Positions 19,599-29,926 of a stretch of DNA of 64,000 bases are shown here, one piece after another (position 1 is the first letter of the stretch; the number at the start of each line of letters is the position of its first letter). Both the position numbers and the translations under genes were made by a program. Location of the stretch: the NCBI GenBank assembly GCA_902635985.1, contig CACPPZ010000001.1:23781-87780 (forward strand). The letters run 5' to 3'. The stretch comes from Paracoccaceae bacterium. GTDB taxonomy: Bacteria > Pseudomonadota > Alphaproteobacteria > Rhodobacterales > Rhodobacteraceae. The notes under the pieces were generated by a model. It was not told the origin of the DNA. It worked only from the letters and a program-made list of their open reading frames with translations, and did no database searches.

Positions 19599-21044
19599 AT
19601 GAGACGTCATCGCAATGTAAAAATCGTTGCAACCCTTGGTCCAGCATCAGACGATTACCTTACAATTAAGTCACTTCATTTGGCTGGAGCTGATGTCTTC
19701 CGTCTCAATATGAGCCATGGAACCCATGATGATATAGCGCAACGCCACAAAACCATAAGAATAATTGAGGAGGAATTAAATAGTCCAATTGGAATATTAG
19801 CTGATCTACAAGGGCCAAAACTGAGAGTTGGAGAATTTGAGAATGACTTTGAAACACTTACTGAGGGGCAGGGATTTCGTCTTGATTTAAAATCAGACCT
19901 GGGAACTTCTAAAAGAGTTAGCCTTCCACATCCTGAAATTTTTGCCGCTCTTTCTAATGGGTCTGTTCTTTTGGTAAATGATGGCAAAATTAAATTAGAA
20001 GTAAAATCATTCGGTAAAGATTTTGCAGACTGCATAGTAAAAGCTGGTGGAGTGATTTCTGATCGTAAAGGCGTGAATGTTCCAGATGTAATTCTTCCGC
20101 TAGCTGCATTATCTGACAAAGATAGAACAGATTTAGAATTTGCCTGTAGTTTGGGTATTGACTGGTTGGCTCTTTCCTTTGTGCAAAGACCTGAGGACGT
20201 GAGAGAGGCGCGTGAACTAGCAAAAGGGCGAGCAGCTATTTTATCGAAGATCGAAAAGCCTGCCGCACTTTCAAAATTTGATGATATTTTAGAATGTTCT
20301 GATGGTATTATGGTTGCGCGCGGTGATCTAGGAGTTGAATTACCCGTTCAAAACGTCCCACCAGTTCAAAAAAGGTTAGTTCGCGCATGCCGAGCAGCAG
20401 CAAAGCCGGTAATAGTTGCCACGCAAATGCTGGAAAGTATGATTGAAAGTCCTGTGCCTACTCGGGCAGAAGTATCAGATGTGGCTACTGCCATATATGA
20501 AGGGGCTGATGCAATCATGTTATCAGCGGAGTCCGCGGCTGGTCTGTACCCTGTCGATGCGGTTCAAACCATGGATAATGTTGCAGTTGAAGTTGAAAGT
20601 GACCCCACATATCGAGAAATCATAGAGGCATCCCGAAATGCACGCCGTAATTCTGTTGCAGATGGGATCGTATCAGCAGCGCGCGAAATAGCAGAAACAA
20701 CTGATATAAAAGCTATTAGCTGCTATACCCAATCTGGAACAACCGCCCTTTTAATCGCCAGAGAAAAGCCCCGTGTTCCAATTATTGCGATGACTTCTGA
20801 AATAGAAACCGCGCGGCGATTATCACTGACTTGGGGTACGAATACTTTAATGTCAGGAGCGAAACAACGTTTTAAGGAAGCTGTTGTGAGTGCAGTTCGA
20901 GGTGCATTATCAGAGGGTTATGCTGTAGAAAATGATCAAATAGTAATAACTGCAGGTGTTCCATTTAATATACCTGGTACAACAAATATTTTGAGAGTAG
21001 CGCCATGTAACGAGCGAATGATTTACGCTATGGATCCAGAATAG
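19599..21044 (+). CDS. pyk: Pyruvate kinase
   Basis: KIVATLGPAS, RLNMSHG, DLQGPK, MVARGDLGVE and ATQMLESM motifs. Confidence 0.97.
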   Translation: MRRHRNVKIVATLGPASDDYLTIKSLHLAGADVFRLNMSHGTHDDIAQRHKTIRIIEEELNSPIGILADLQGPKLRVGEFENDFETLTEGQGFRLDLKSDLGTSKRVSLPHPEIFAALSNGSVLLVNDGKIKLEVKSFGKDFADCIVKAGGVISDRKGVNVPDVILPLAALSDKDRTDLEFACSLGIDWLALSFVQRPEDVREARELAKGRAAILSKIEKPAALSKFDDILECSDGIMVARGDLGVELPVQNVPPVQKRLVRACRAAAKPVIVATQMLESMIESPVPTRAEVSDVATAIYEGADAIMLSAESAAGLYPVDAVQTMDNVAVEVESDPTYREIIEASRNARRNSVADGIVSAAREIAETTDIKAISCYTQSGTTALLIAREKPRVPIIAMTSEIETARRLSLTWGTNTLMSGAKQRFKEAVVSAVRGALSEGYAVENDQIVITAGVPFNIPGTTNILRVAPCNERMIYAMDPE

Positions 21045-21111
21045 AGATTTAACTGGAAGACGATAAGTTGATTTATACTAATCTATGTCTTCAAATTAAT
21101 AAAAATTGGGC

Positions 21112-21140
21112 TTGCACACAATACTAACTGAAGGTATGTC
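21112..21140 (+). promoter_or_regulatory. Candidate sigma70 promoter of rpmI-rplT
   Basis: TTGCAC-N17-TATGTC; -10 lacking the final T, as is common in alphaproteobacteria. Confidence 0.5.
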
Positions 21141-21204
21141 GACTCCGCGGGTCCGGCGAATGGCATGCCGAGTTTCGTGTTAACTTTTTCCTAAGGAGAA
21201 CCAA

Positions 21205-21405
21205 ATGCCTAAGATGAAGACTAAATCTAGCTGTAAAAAGCGATTTAAGGTGACCGCAACTGGTAAAGTAAAAACTGGCCAGGCCGGAAAGCGGCACGGA
21301 ATGATAAAGCGTACAAACAAATTTATTCGTACAGCCCGAGGGACTACAATGCTTAGCGCCCCTGATGAAAAAATCGTTAAGGGCATGATGCCCTACGCAC
21401 GATAA
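21205..21405 (+). CDS. rpmI: 50S ribosomal protein L35
   Basis: [19 protein letters not shown]. Confidence 0.97.
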   Translation: MPKMKTKSSCKKRFKVTATGKVKTGQAGKRHGMIKRTNKFIRTARGTTMLSAPDEKIVKGMMPYAR

Positions 21406-21416
21406 GGAGAGTTAAC

Positions 21417-21782
21417 ATGTCTCGAGTAAAAGGTGGTACAGTCACACACGCCCGTCACAAAAAAATTGTTGATCAGGCGAAAGGCTATTACGGGCGACGT
21501 AAAAACACTTTCAAAGTTGCTGCACAGGCAGTCGATAAAGCCAATCAGTACGCGACCCGTGATCGTCATAATAAAAAGAGAAATTTTAGAGCATTGTGGA
21601 TTCAGAGAATAAATGCAGCAGTGCGTGCTCACGATGAAGCTTTGTCATACAGTAAATTTATAAATGGATTGACGAAGGCTGGCATTGAGGTGGACCGGAA
21701 GGTACTTGCCGATCTAGCAGTGCATGAGCCGAAAGTATTTTGCACAATAGTAGATCAAGCTAAAGCCGCACTAGCAGCCTAG
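21417..21782 (+). CDS. rplT: 50S ribosomal protein L20
   Basis: MSRVKGG...AKGYYGRR...[10 protein letters not shown]. Confidence 0.98.
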   Translation: MSRVKGGTVTHARHKKIVDQAKGYYGRRKNTFKVAAQAVDKANQYATRDRHNKKRNFRALWIQRINAAVRAHDEALSYSKFINGLTKAGIEVDRKVLADLAVHEPKVFCTIVDQAKAALAA

Positions 21783-21804
21783 TCTACAATACAATTTGCA
21801 CATT

Positions 21805-21835
21805 AAGCCGTGCAGTGCGCGCGGCTTTTTTCTTT
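21805..21835 (+). terminator. Rho-independent terminator after rplT
   Basis: AAGCCGTGC-loop-GCGCGGCTT stem running into a T-rich tract (TTTTTTCTTT). Confidence 0.8.
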
Positions 21836-21906
21836 CACTGGATGCAAAAAAACTTGTCAATCTATCTGTACATGATAGCACGGTAGCGTTTGGGTAGTGA
21901 GGTCAA

Positions 21907-22980
21907 ATGGACAATTTACGTTTAAAGTATATTAAAGCCATTTCTGACGCGAGAGATGAAAATGCTCTAGAAGATGTTCGTCTTGCGGCTCTTGGGAAAA
22001 AAGGTGAGGTCAGTTTGCAGATGCGCGAACTTGGTAAGATGACACCTGAAGAGCGCAAAGTGGCCGGACCCACGCTTAATGCACTAAAAGATGAACTTAA
22101 CTCAGCACTTAATGCAAAAAAGACTGCTTTAGCAGATGCCGTTTTGAATGCGCGCCTTGAAACCGAATGGTTAGATGTAACTTTACCATCAAGGGCAACA
22201 AATATTGGGTCTGTTCATCCAATCTCGCAGGTAACAGAAGAGGTTATTGCGATATTCGCAGATATGGGTTTTTCAGTTGCTGAGGGGCCAAGGATTGAAA
22301 CGGACTGGTATAATTTTGATGCATTGAATATACCCGGTCATCATCCAGCCAGAGCGGAAATGGATACCTTCTATATGAAACGCAGTTCAGATGATGAGAG
22401 GCCGCCTCACGTCTTAAGAACGCATACTAGTCCTGTACAGGTTCGTACAATGGAAAAGAGTGGCGCGCCAATTCGCGTAATCTGCCCTGGTGGAGTGTAT
22501 CGAGCTGACTACGATCAGACTCATACGCCAATGTTTCACCAGGTTGAGGGTTTGGCAATCGATAAAGATTTATCGATGGCAAACTTAAAATGGGTGCTAG
22601 AGCAATTTGTAAAGATTTTTTTCTCAGTAGATGATGTTGAGTTACGGTTTAGAGCGTCTCATTTCCCATTTACAGAGCCATCTGCCGAAGTCGATATAAG
22701 ATGTTCGTGGGATGACGGACAATTAAAAATAGGGGAAGGTAATGACTGGCTGGAAATACTTGGCTCCGGTATGGTGCATCCTAAAGTGCTAAGCGCAGGG
22801 GGCATTGATCCTAATATTTGGCAAGGGTTTGCCTTTGGTATGGGAATAGATCGGATTGCGATGCTAAAATATGGAATTCCAGATTTAAGGTCATTTTTTG
22901 ACAGTGATCTAAGGTGGTTACGACATTATGGTTTTGCTTCATTGGATCAACCTAATTTACATGCTGGACTAAGTCGCTAA
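21907..22980 (+). CDS. pheS: Phenylalanine--tRNA ligase alpha subunit
   Basis: [26 protein letters not shown] and GFAFGMG motifs. Confidence 0.98.
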   Translation: MDNLRLKYIKAISDARDENALEDVRLAALGKKGEVSLQMRELGKMTPEERKVAGPTLNALKDELNSALNAKKTALADAVLNARLETEWLDVTLPSRATNIGSVHPISQVTEEVIAIFADMGFSVAEGPRIETDWYNFDALNIPGHHPARAEMDTFYMKRSSDDERPPHVLRTHTSPVQVRTMEKSGAPIRVICPGGVYRADYDQTHTPMFHQVEGLAIDKDLSMANLKWVLEQFVKIFFSVDDVELRFRASHFPFTEPSAEVDIRCSWDDGQLKIGEGNDWLEILGSGMVHPKVLSAGGIDPNIWQGFAFGMGIDRIAMLKYGIPDLRSFFDSDLRWLRHYGFASLDQPNLHAGLSR

Positions 22981-23080
22981 GTGGGAAAATATATTAAAAT
23001 CTTATTATGTTAACAAAGCATCTGAAAATTTTTCATAATCTTTTAAAGATAATTACCCAAAATAATCATGGACGAGCACA

Positions 23081-25480
23081 ATGAAATTTACATTTTCTTG
23101 GTTAAAAGAGCATCTGAATACCACGGCTTCATTAGATGAAGTTGTAGATGCTTTGACTGATTTGGGTCTAGAGGTGGAGCAAGTAAGTGATCCAATAAGA
23201 AAACTAAATGATTTTACAATAGGAAAAATTATCAAGGCCGAGAAGCACGAGGATGCGGACAAATTGCGTGTTTGTAAAGTCGATACCGATAATGGCGAAA
23301 CACAAATAATTTGTGGTGCACTGAATGCTAGAGAAGGAATTTTTGTAGTTGTAGCGAAGCCAGGCGTATATGTGCCTGGAATTGATACGACAATTGGAGT
23401 TGGTAAAATCCGGGGAATAGAGAGCCATGGAATGATGTGCTCTGAGAGAGAAATGGAGCTATCGGATGAGCATGATGGTATAATCGAACTTTCCTCGGGC
23501 GAGATAGGTGAACCGTATGGTAACTGGCTATTAAAAAACGATCCTGAAAAAGTTGATGCGGTTGTTGAAATAGCCATTACACCTAACAGGCCAGATGCAT
23601 TGGGCGTTAGAGGAATTGCTCGCGATTTGGCGGCCAGAGGGTTGGGTGATTTGAAGCCCATGGATATACAACCCATTCCCGGAAAATTTAAATGTCCAAT
23701 ATCTGTATCCATTGAGCCTGATACTCTAATCAATGCGCCGGTTTTCTACGGTAGACTGATAAGAGGGGTAAAGAACGGCCCATCACCAAAATGGTTACAG
23801 AATAAATTACGTGCAATTGGGTTGCGGCCTATTTCTACCTTAGTAGATATCACGAATTTTTTTACTTACGATAATAACCGCCCGTTGCATGTGTTTGATG
23901 CAGATAAGTTAAATGGCTCGTCTCTTAGAGTGCATGACGCAAAGGGGGGGGAAATTTTTAACGCTTTAGATGAAAAAGAGTATGCCTTGTCAAAAGGCAT
24001 GACAGTAATTTCTGATAATGTGGGAGTAGAAAGTTTAGCAGGCATAATGGGAGGTAGTGGTTCTGGATGTACTGATAAAACAGAAAATGTTTTTATTGAG
24101 GCTGCGTACTTTAATCCCATAACGACCGCTTACACCGGACGGGAATTGAAGATAAATTCGGATGCACGATATCGCTTTGAGAGAGGGATAGATCCAGAGT
24201 CGGCAGTCTTTGGTATCGAGGCAGCCACAAAAATGATAATTGAGTTATGTGGTGGAGAACCATCTGAGGTTGTTCAGGCCGGTAAAGTTCCTAACCATGA
24301 TAGAGCATACAAAGTAGATACTGCAAGGATTGAATCCCTAGTAGGCATGGTAATTCCACCAGATGATCAACTGAAAATTCTGGAGAACTTGGGCTTCGTT
24401 ATTACGGGCGATACCGCAGCAGTGCCGAGTTGGCGGCCAGATGTACAGGGTGAGGCTGACCTTGTGGAAGAGATAGCGCGTGTAGTATCTCTCAAAAAGC
24501 TGCAGGGTATACCGCTTCCCAGAGTTAGTAACTCCGTTCCAAAACCTGTCCTAAGTGCAACGCAGCTTAGAGAACAAACGTCGAGGAGAGCCGCGGCAGG
24601 ATTGGGTTATAATGAATGCGTTTCATATAGTTTTATTGATGAGAAAAGCGCCAAGTTATTTGGTGGAGGTGATACTGCAACTCAGCTAGAAAACCCAATT
24701 TCTAGCGAGATGAGTCATATGCGTCCAGATTTATTACCAGGTTTGTTACAGGCTGCTTCAAGAAACCAAGCTAGAGGTTTCTTTAATATGGCGTTATTTG
24801 AAATAGGACCTGTATTCAATGGAGGTAATCCTGAAAATCAAACAACTAACCTTAGCGGTGTGCTGATTGGACAAACTACTTTGAAAGATGTGCATGGGCA
24901 GAATAGGGAAGTAGATGTTTTTGATGTTAAGTCCCATATAGAAAACGTATTATTTTCAATTAGAGCACCATCTAAATTTCAAATTTTACGTGGCGCAGAT
25001 TCCTATTGGCATCCGGGCCGGCACGGACGTATTTGCCTAGGCCCAAAGAAAACTCTTGGGGTATTTGGTGAGATACATCCCAAGGTTTTAAGTTCTTTCG
25101 ATTTAAAAGGACCAATAGTTGGCTTTACCATTTTTCTTGATAATATTCCTATACCTCGGAATTCAAATACTACTCGTCCACCATTGAGATCACGATCTTT
25201 GCAAGCCGTTGAACGAGACTTTGCTTTTGTTGTCGGCGAAAAGGTAGAAGCGTCAGCAATAACAACTGCAGCAATGGGGTCAAAAAAGGATATCATCGAA
25301 GATGTCAGAGTTTTTGACGAGTTTATTGGGGGTGATTTAGGTGATGGAAATAAGTCAATTGCAATTACTGTAAGACTACAGCCCACTGAAAGTACTCTTA
25401 CAGAAGCCGAGATCGAACAAGTAAGCAAAAGCGTTATTGACAGAGTTGAATCTGCTACTGGTGGCATTTTGCGCAGTTAA
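23081..25480 (+). CDS. pheT: Phenylalanine--tRNA ligase beta subunit
   Basis: MKF..SWL, OB-fold tRNA-binding domain, TPNRPD, RFERGID, DL.EE and RDFAF motifs. Confidence 0.98.
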   Translation: MKFTFSWLKEHLNTTASLDEVVDALTDLGLEVEQVSDPIRKLNDFTIGKIIKAEKHEDADKLRVCKVDTDNGETQIICGALNAREGIFVVVAKPGVYVPGIDTTIGVGKIRGIESHGMMCSEREMELSDEHDGIIELSSGEIGEPYGNWLLKNDPEKVDAVVEIAITPNRPDALGVRGIARDLAARGLGDLKPMDIQPIPGKFKCPISVSIEPDTLINAPVFYGRLIRGVKNGPSPKWLQNKLRAIGLRPISTLVDITNFFTYDNNRPLHVFDADKLNGSSLRVHDAKGGEIFNALDEKEYALSKGMTVISDNVGVESLAGIMGGSGSGCTDKTENVFIEAAYFNPITTAYTGRELKINSDARYRFERGIDPESAVFGIEAATKMIIELCGGEPSEVVQAGKVPNHDRAYKVDTARIESLVGMVIPPDDQLKILENLGFVITGDTAAVPSWRPDVQGEADLVEEIARVVSLKKLQGIPLPRVSNSVPKPVLSATQLREQTSRRAAAGLGYNECVSYSFIDEKSAKLFGGGDTATQLENPISSEMSHMRPDLLPGLLQAASRNQARGFFNMALFEIGPVFNGGNPENQTTNLSGVLIGQTTLKDVHGQNREVDVFDVKSHIENVLFSIRAPSKFQILRGADSYWHPGRHGRICLGPKKTLGVFGEIHPKVLSSFDLKGPIVGFTIFLDNIPIPRNSNTTRPPLRSRSLQAVERDFAFVVGEKVEASAITTAAMGSKKDIIEDVRVFDEFIGGDLGDGNKSIAITVRLQPTESTLTEAEIEQVSKSVIDRVESATGGILRS

Positions 25481-25553
25481 AAAAGACATGATTTCAATTA
25501 TTCTGAAATCGACAAATTTGAAATTTTATTTCAAGAGGTAAAAGGAGACTTAA

Positions 25554-26000
25554 ATGCTAAGTGTTTATCTAGCTGGTGAAATTCATACTAATTGGCGGGA
25601 AGAGATAGCGGAAGGCGCTCAAAACTTTAATGTCATGTTTACATCTCCCGTAACTGATCATGAAGCCAGCGATGATTGTGGTGTCAAAATAATGGGCTCT
25701 GAGGAATTGAAATTCTGGCACGACCATAAAGGTGCAAAACTAAATGCGATTAGGACAAGAAAGTATATAGAGGAAGCGGATGTCGTTGTAGTACGTTTTG
25801 GCGACAAGTATAAGCAGTGGAATGCTGCATTTGAGGCTGGTTATGCTGCCGCATTGGGTAAGTCAATTATTGTTATGCATGGGACAGACCATCAGCATGC
25901 ATTAAAAGAGGTAGACGCATCGGCATTGGCAGTTGTAGAAACCTCCCAACAGGTTGTGGAGATACTAGAGTACATAGAAAAAGGTACATTGCCAGCTTAG
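25554..26000 (+). CDS. YtoQ family protein
   Basis: VYLAGEIHTNWR, HEASDDCG, KYKQWNAAF and HALKE motifs. Confidence 0.88.
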   Translation: MLSVYLAGEIHTNWREEIAEGAQNFNVMFTSPVTDHEASDDCGVKIMGSEELKFWHDHKGAKLNAIRTRKYIEEADVVVVRFGDKYKQWNAAFEAGYAAALGKSIIVMHGTDHQHALKEVDASALAVVETSQQVVEILEYIEKGTLPA

Positions 26001-26039
26001 CTGGCTCAGGTATTTACCGAGCTATTTATTTTACCCACT

Positions 26040-27167
26040 TTAATGTAAAACGCTCAAAGCTTTAAGATCAGGTTTAACAGTTTCCAGTCCTAATGCTTCA
26101 CCGACTGCAGCATATGTTACTTTTCCATCGTGTACATTGAGCCCGTTAAATAGATGCAGGTCATCCGAACAAGCCTTTACCCATCCTTTATTTGCAAGGG
26201 CCACGATAAAAGGAAGCGTAGCATTTCCTAGAGCTAAAGTTGAAGTGCGCGCGACTGCTCCTGGCATGTTTGCAACGCAATAATGCATTATGCCATCTAT
26301 TTCATAAATTGGATCAGCATGGGTAGTGGCACGTGATGTTTCGAAACATCCACCTTGATCGATTGCAACGTCAACTAAAGCGGCGCCAGAGTTCAAGGTA
26401 GATAATTGCTCCCTGCTGATTAGTTTTGGGGCCTCTGCCCCTGCAACTAGAACGGCACCAATGATTAAATCTGCTTGTAAGGCAAGCTCAGACGTTGCCT
26501 TCTGTGATGCATATCCATTTTTAAAAAGATGACCAAAAACATCATCAATATAACGCAGACGAGCTAATGATTTATCTAAGACGGTAACATCGGCACCCAT
26601 TCCAGCTGCAACCCTTGCTGCATTAGTACCAACCACACCTCCACCAAGAACCAAAACTTTTGCAGGTGCTACTCCAGGAACCCCTCCCAAAAGAACACCT
26701 CTACCACCATTAGCCTTCTGTAAAGTCCAAGCTCCCATTTGGGGTGCAAGACGGCCTGCAACCTCTGACATCGGCGCCAATAGCGGGAGGCCTCCGTTTA
26801 CATCTGTTACTGTCTCGTAAGCGATTGCCGTACATCCGCTGTTAATAAGGTCATGAGTTTGTTCTGGGTCCGGTGCGAGATGAAGATAGGTAAATAAAAG
26901 TTGCCCGCTTTTAAGCATTTGTCGTTCAATTGCCTGGGGTTCTTTAACCTTAACGATCATTTCAGCCTCATCAAAAACCTCTTTTGCAGTTCCAACGATA
27001 GCAGCGCCCTCTTTTACATAATCGCTATCAACAAAACCTGCTCCAAGTCCGGCATTTGTCTCTATCTTTACAACATGGCCGCGACCGACCAATTCTCTGA
27101 CAGCAACTGGTGTTAAGCCTACTCTAAATTCTTGTGGCTTTATTTCTTTTGGGCAACCAACTTTCAT
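26040..27167 (-). CDS. ald: Alanine dehydrogenase
   Basis: PKEIK..EFRVG, KVKEP, FTYLHLA, VAIDQGGC and ANMPGAV motifs. Confidence 0.97.
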   Translation of the reverse strand: MKVGCPKEIKPQEFRVGLTPVAVRELVGRGHVVKIETNAGLGAGFVDSDYVKEGAAIVGTAKEVFDEAEMIVKVKEPQAIERQMLKSGQLLFTYLHLAPDPEQTHDLINSGCTAIAYETVTDVNGGLPLLAPMSEVAGRLAPQMGAWTLQKANGGRGVLLGGVPGVAPAKVLVLGGGVVGTNAARVAAGMGADVTVLDKSLARLRYIDDVFGHLFKNGYASQKATSELALQADLIIGAVLVAGAEAPKLISREQLSTLNSGAALVDVAIDQGGCFETSRATTHADPIYEIDGIMHYCVANMPGAVARTSTLALGNATLPFIVALANKGWVKACSDDLHLFNGLNVHDGKVTYAAVGEALGLETVKPDLKALSVLH

Positions 27168-27189
27168 GACCTTATCTCCCTAATTTAAT

Positions 27190-27285
27190 CAAAAGAATAA
27201 TACGTTGCTTTTAATAAAATATTATGGCAAATATTGCTGATTAAAGTACAAAATTCGCAAGAATATTCTAATTTAGTATAAAATA
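27190..27285. promoter_or_regulatory. Divergent ald/Lrp control region with Lrp-like AT-centred sites
   Basis: GCAAATATTGC (27227-27237) and palindromic AGAATATTCT (27260-27269) between ald and the Lrp gene. Confidence 0.4.
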
Positions 27286-27290
27286 TTAAA

Positions 27291-27764
27291 ATGAAATTCG
27301 ACAAAGATAAGCTAGATAGCACAGATTTACGAATCCTAAAGGCTCTTCAAATCAAGGGTAGAATTACCAACGCGGAGCTTGCCGATGAGATAAACTTATC
27401 TCCATCAGCGTGCCACAGAAGAATCCAAAGGATAGAGGAGAGGGGATTTATAAAAGATTATGTGGCATTGTTAGACTCACGGAAGGTAGGGGTTCCAACC
27501 ACTGTGTTCGTAGAGATTACACTTACCGCTCAAGCAGATGAAATACTTGATGCGTTCGAGAAAGCAGTGTCTAAAATCCCTAATGTACTTGAGTGTCATT
27601 TGATGGCCGGTTCAGCTGATTATATTCTGAAGGTAGTTGCCGAAGATACTGAAGATTACTCAAGGATCCACAGACAACATCTAACGCGACTACCTGGAGT
27701 TGCACAAATGCAAAGTTCTTTTGCTCTTCGCACTGTATTTAAAACTACAGCTTTACCAATTTAA
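27291..27764 (+). CDS. Lrp/AsnC family regulator (AldR-like)
   Basis: N-terminal HTH (LD..D.RIL..LQ..GR..N.ELA), C-terminal RAM domain; divergent from ald. Confidence 0.92.
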   Translation: MKFDKDKLDSTDLRILKALQIKGRITNAELADEINLSPSACHRRIQRIEERGFIKDYVALLDSRKVGVPTTVFVEITLTAQADEILDAFEKAVSKIPNVLECHLMAGSADYILKVVAEDTEDYSRIHRQHLTRLPGVAQMQSSFALRTVFKTTALPI

Positions 27765-27926
27765 ACTGACGTGAGGATAAATAAATCGTAAAAAATTAAA
27801 CATGGAATATTTTAGAGTTTTGGATAACATTTAATTGCATTAGTGGATAATTTTTATGCCCTGTCATTAATTTAAATTTCGATAGCAGATATTATTTATA
27901 AAACCACGGACATTAAGACATAAAAA

Positions 27927-28841
27927 ATGAGAAAAAATCAGAAGGATAACTTTAGTTGGCTAGAGGCCGAACTAAATGAAACATATGATGAAATGTTTGA
28001 GGCTGAGTTTTCTGAGCCAATGCTCCCGGATGAATTTTGGAAAATATATAAAGGTGAGCGTCCAGATACTCTTGAAAAAAGAACCTATTTTCGGAATTTG
28101 CTGAGGCTCCAAATGGAGTTGATAAAATTACAAGACTGGGTGGAGAATACTGGATCAAAAGTGCTGATTATTTGTGAGGGTCGTGATGGAGCAGGAAAGG
28201 GAGGTGTGATAAAAAGGATCACACAACGTTTAAATCCAAGGGTTGCACGTGTTGTTGCTCTGCCTAAACCCACTGAACGCGAAATGACGCAATGGTATTT
28301 TCAACGTTATGTACCACATCTACCTGCAGGTGGTGAGATCGTATTATTTGATAGATCTTATTATAATCGTGCCGGGGTGGAGCGTGTCATGGGGTTTGCA
28401 TCTGACGATCAGGTGGAACAGTTCTTCCGAGATGTACCAGAGTTTGAACGGATGTTAGTGCGATCTGGAATAATTGTCTTAAAATATTGGTTTTCAATTT
28501 CAGACGAAGAACAGCAGTTACGTTTTATGATGAGAATACATGACCCCATGCGGCAGTGGAAACTTTCACCGATGGACCTTGAGAGTAGGGTAAGATGGGA
28601 AGACTATACAAAAGCAAAAGAAGAAATGTTTTCGAGGACAAATATACCTGAGGCACCTTGGTATATCGTCGAGGGAAACGATAAAAAAAGAGAGCGCTTA
28701 AATTGTATCGAGCATATTTTAAGTCAAATTCAATATTCGGAACTTGATAATCAAAAAATCGAGCTGCCAGATAGGGTTTTTAATCCTGACTACGAAAGAC
28801 GAGTGCTGCCTGACAAACTCTATGTTCCAAAAATATATTAA
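27927..28841 (+). CDS. ppk2: Polyphosphate kinase 2
   Basis: EGRDGAGKGG, QWYFQRY, FDRSYYNR and WKLSPMD motifs. Confidence 0.95.
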   Translation: MRKNQKDNFSWLEAELNETYDEMFEAEFSEPMLPDEFWKIYKGERPDTLEKRTYFRNLLRLQMELIKLQDWVENTGSKVLIICEGRDGAGKGGVIKRITQRLNPRVARVVALPKPTEREMTQWYFQRYVPHLPAGGEIVLFDRSYYNRAGVERVMGFASDDQVEQFFRDVPEFERMLVRSGIIVLKYWFSISDEEQQLRFMMRIHDPMRQWKLSPMDLESRVRWEDYTKAKEEMFSRTNIPEAPWYIVEGNDKKRERLNCIEHILSQIQYSELDNQKIELPDRVFNPDYERRVLPDKLYVPKIY

Positions 28842-28857
28842 GGTTCCTAGGATACAT

Positions 28858-28883
28858 AAAAAACCCCATCAGTAGTGGGGCTT
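28858..28883 (-). terminator. Rho-independent terminator of rpsU (possibly bidirectional)
   Basis: Minus strand AAGCCCCA-loop-TGGGGTTTTTT, between convergent ppk2 and rpsU. Confidence 0.7.
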
Positions 28884-28895
28884 GAGTGAAATAAT

Positions 28896-29102
28896 CTAAA
28901 GCATTCCTTCGCGTTGTGCTTTTTTACGCGCCAGCTTTCGAGCCCGCCTTATCGCTTCAGCCTTTTCACGGGCCTTTTTCTCAGAGGGCTTTTCAAAATG
29001 CTGTTTCAGCTTCATTTCACGAAATACACCTTCTCGCTGTAATTTCTTTTTTAAAGCACGAAGAGCCTGGTCTACGTTGTTATCTCTTACACTTACCTGC
29101 AT
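28896..29102 (-). CDS. rpsU: 30S ribosomal protein S21
   Basis: [25 protein letters not shown]. Confidence 0.98.
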   Translation of the reverse strand: MQVSVRDNNVDQALRALKKKLQREGVFREMKLKQHFEKPSEKKAREKAEAIRRARKLARKKAQREGML

Positions 29103-29213
29103 GTGGTAGTCACCACCTTTCCAATTTTGAGTTGCGCTTTATGGCAGGAAGTGGTTGGTTACCAAGAAATGAAAATTTTGTCCATAGTATAAAATTGATA
29201 ATAAAAGATAGTC

Positions 29214-29894
29214 ATGTCAGAGCAAACACGTACATTGGAAAAGCTTTTGTCGGCTGCAAAACTTTACATCCCCTTTGATGGTTGGGGAGATGTGACTTTC
29301 AATGCAAGTTGTGCAGATGCTGGTTTGAATCCTCAGATAGCGCGTCTTTATTGTCCACGTGGTGGATTGGATCTTGCGATTTACTACCATCGTTTGTGTG
29401 ATCAAAAACTTCTAGAGGAAAATAAATCGCGAGAGTGGGGTGAGGCTAGGCTGAGAGATAAAGTCGGCACGTTAATAAAAGCTCGTTTAGAACTTGTTGA
29501 GGAGAAAGAACTTGTTCGCCGCGCCACTACTTTATTTGCTTTACCTCAGAATAATCTTACAGGATTAAAGTTAATCTGGGAAACTTCCGATATTATATGG
29601 AAGATAGTGGGTGATACCTCCAACGATATTAACTGGTATACCAAAAGAACTACTCTCTCGGCAGTATATGGCGCGGTGGTATTATTTTGGCTCGGTGATA
29701 ATTCCTCTGAAAGTGAGGAAACATGGGAGTTTGTAGACAGACGTTTAGCAGATGTAATGGGCTTCGAAAAATTTAAGAGTAAACTTCGAGTAAATCCGGC
29801 GTTAAAGCCATTTAATGATTTAATTCGCAAATCTGTGTCTGGTATCAAATCCCCTATTGACCATGCCTCACCCAAGCCAGGTGATTTGCGCTGA
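29214..29894 (+). CDS. COQ9 family protein (rpsU-divergent)
   Basis: PFDGW, GDTS.D.NWYTKR and DNS...ETW.F..RRL motifs; divergent from rpsU. Confidence 0.9.
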   Translation: MSEQTRTLEKLLSAAKLYIPFDGWGDVTFNASCADAGLNPQIARLYCPRGGLDLAIYYHRLCDQKLLEENKSREWGEARLRDKVGTLIKARLELVEEKELVRRATTLFALPQNNLTGLKLIWETSDIIWKIVGDTSNDINWYTKRTTLSAVYGAVVLFWLGDNSSESEETWEFVDRRLADVMGFEKFKSKLRVNPALKPFNDLIRKSVSGIKSPIDHASPKPGDLR

Positions 29895-29926
29895 GTTTTG
29901 AACATAAATAATTTGTTAGGGTATCA

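Noticed and set aside
23053-23733. 226-aa antisense ORF, and similar ones (40612-41196, 25003-25467, 19676-20119, 711-1022)
   Set aside because: Each lies opposite a well-supported gene and has no motif; these are shadow ORFs.
27861-27867. Pho-box half-site CTGTCAT upstream of ppk2
   Set aside because: Only one repeat unit, with no convincing partner at 11-bp spacing.
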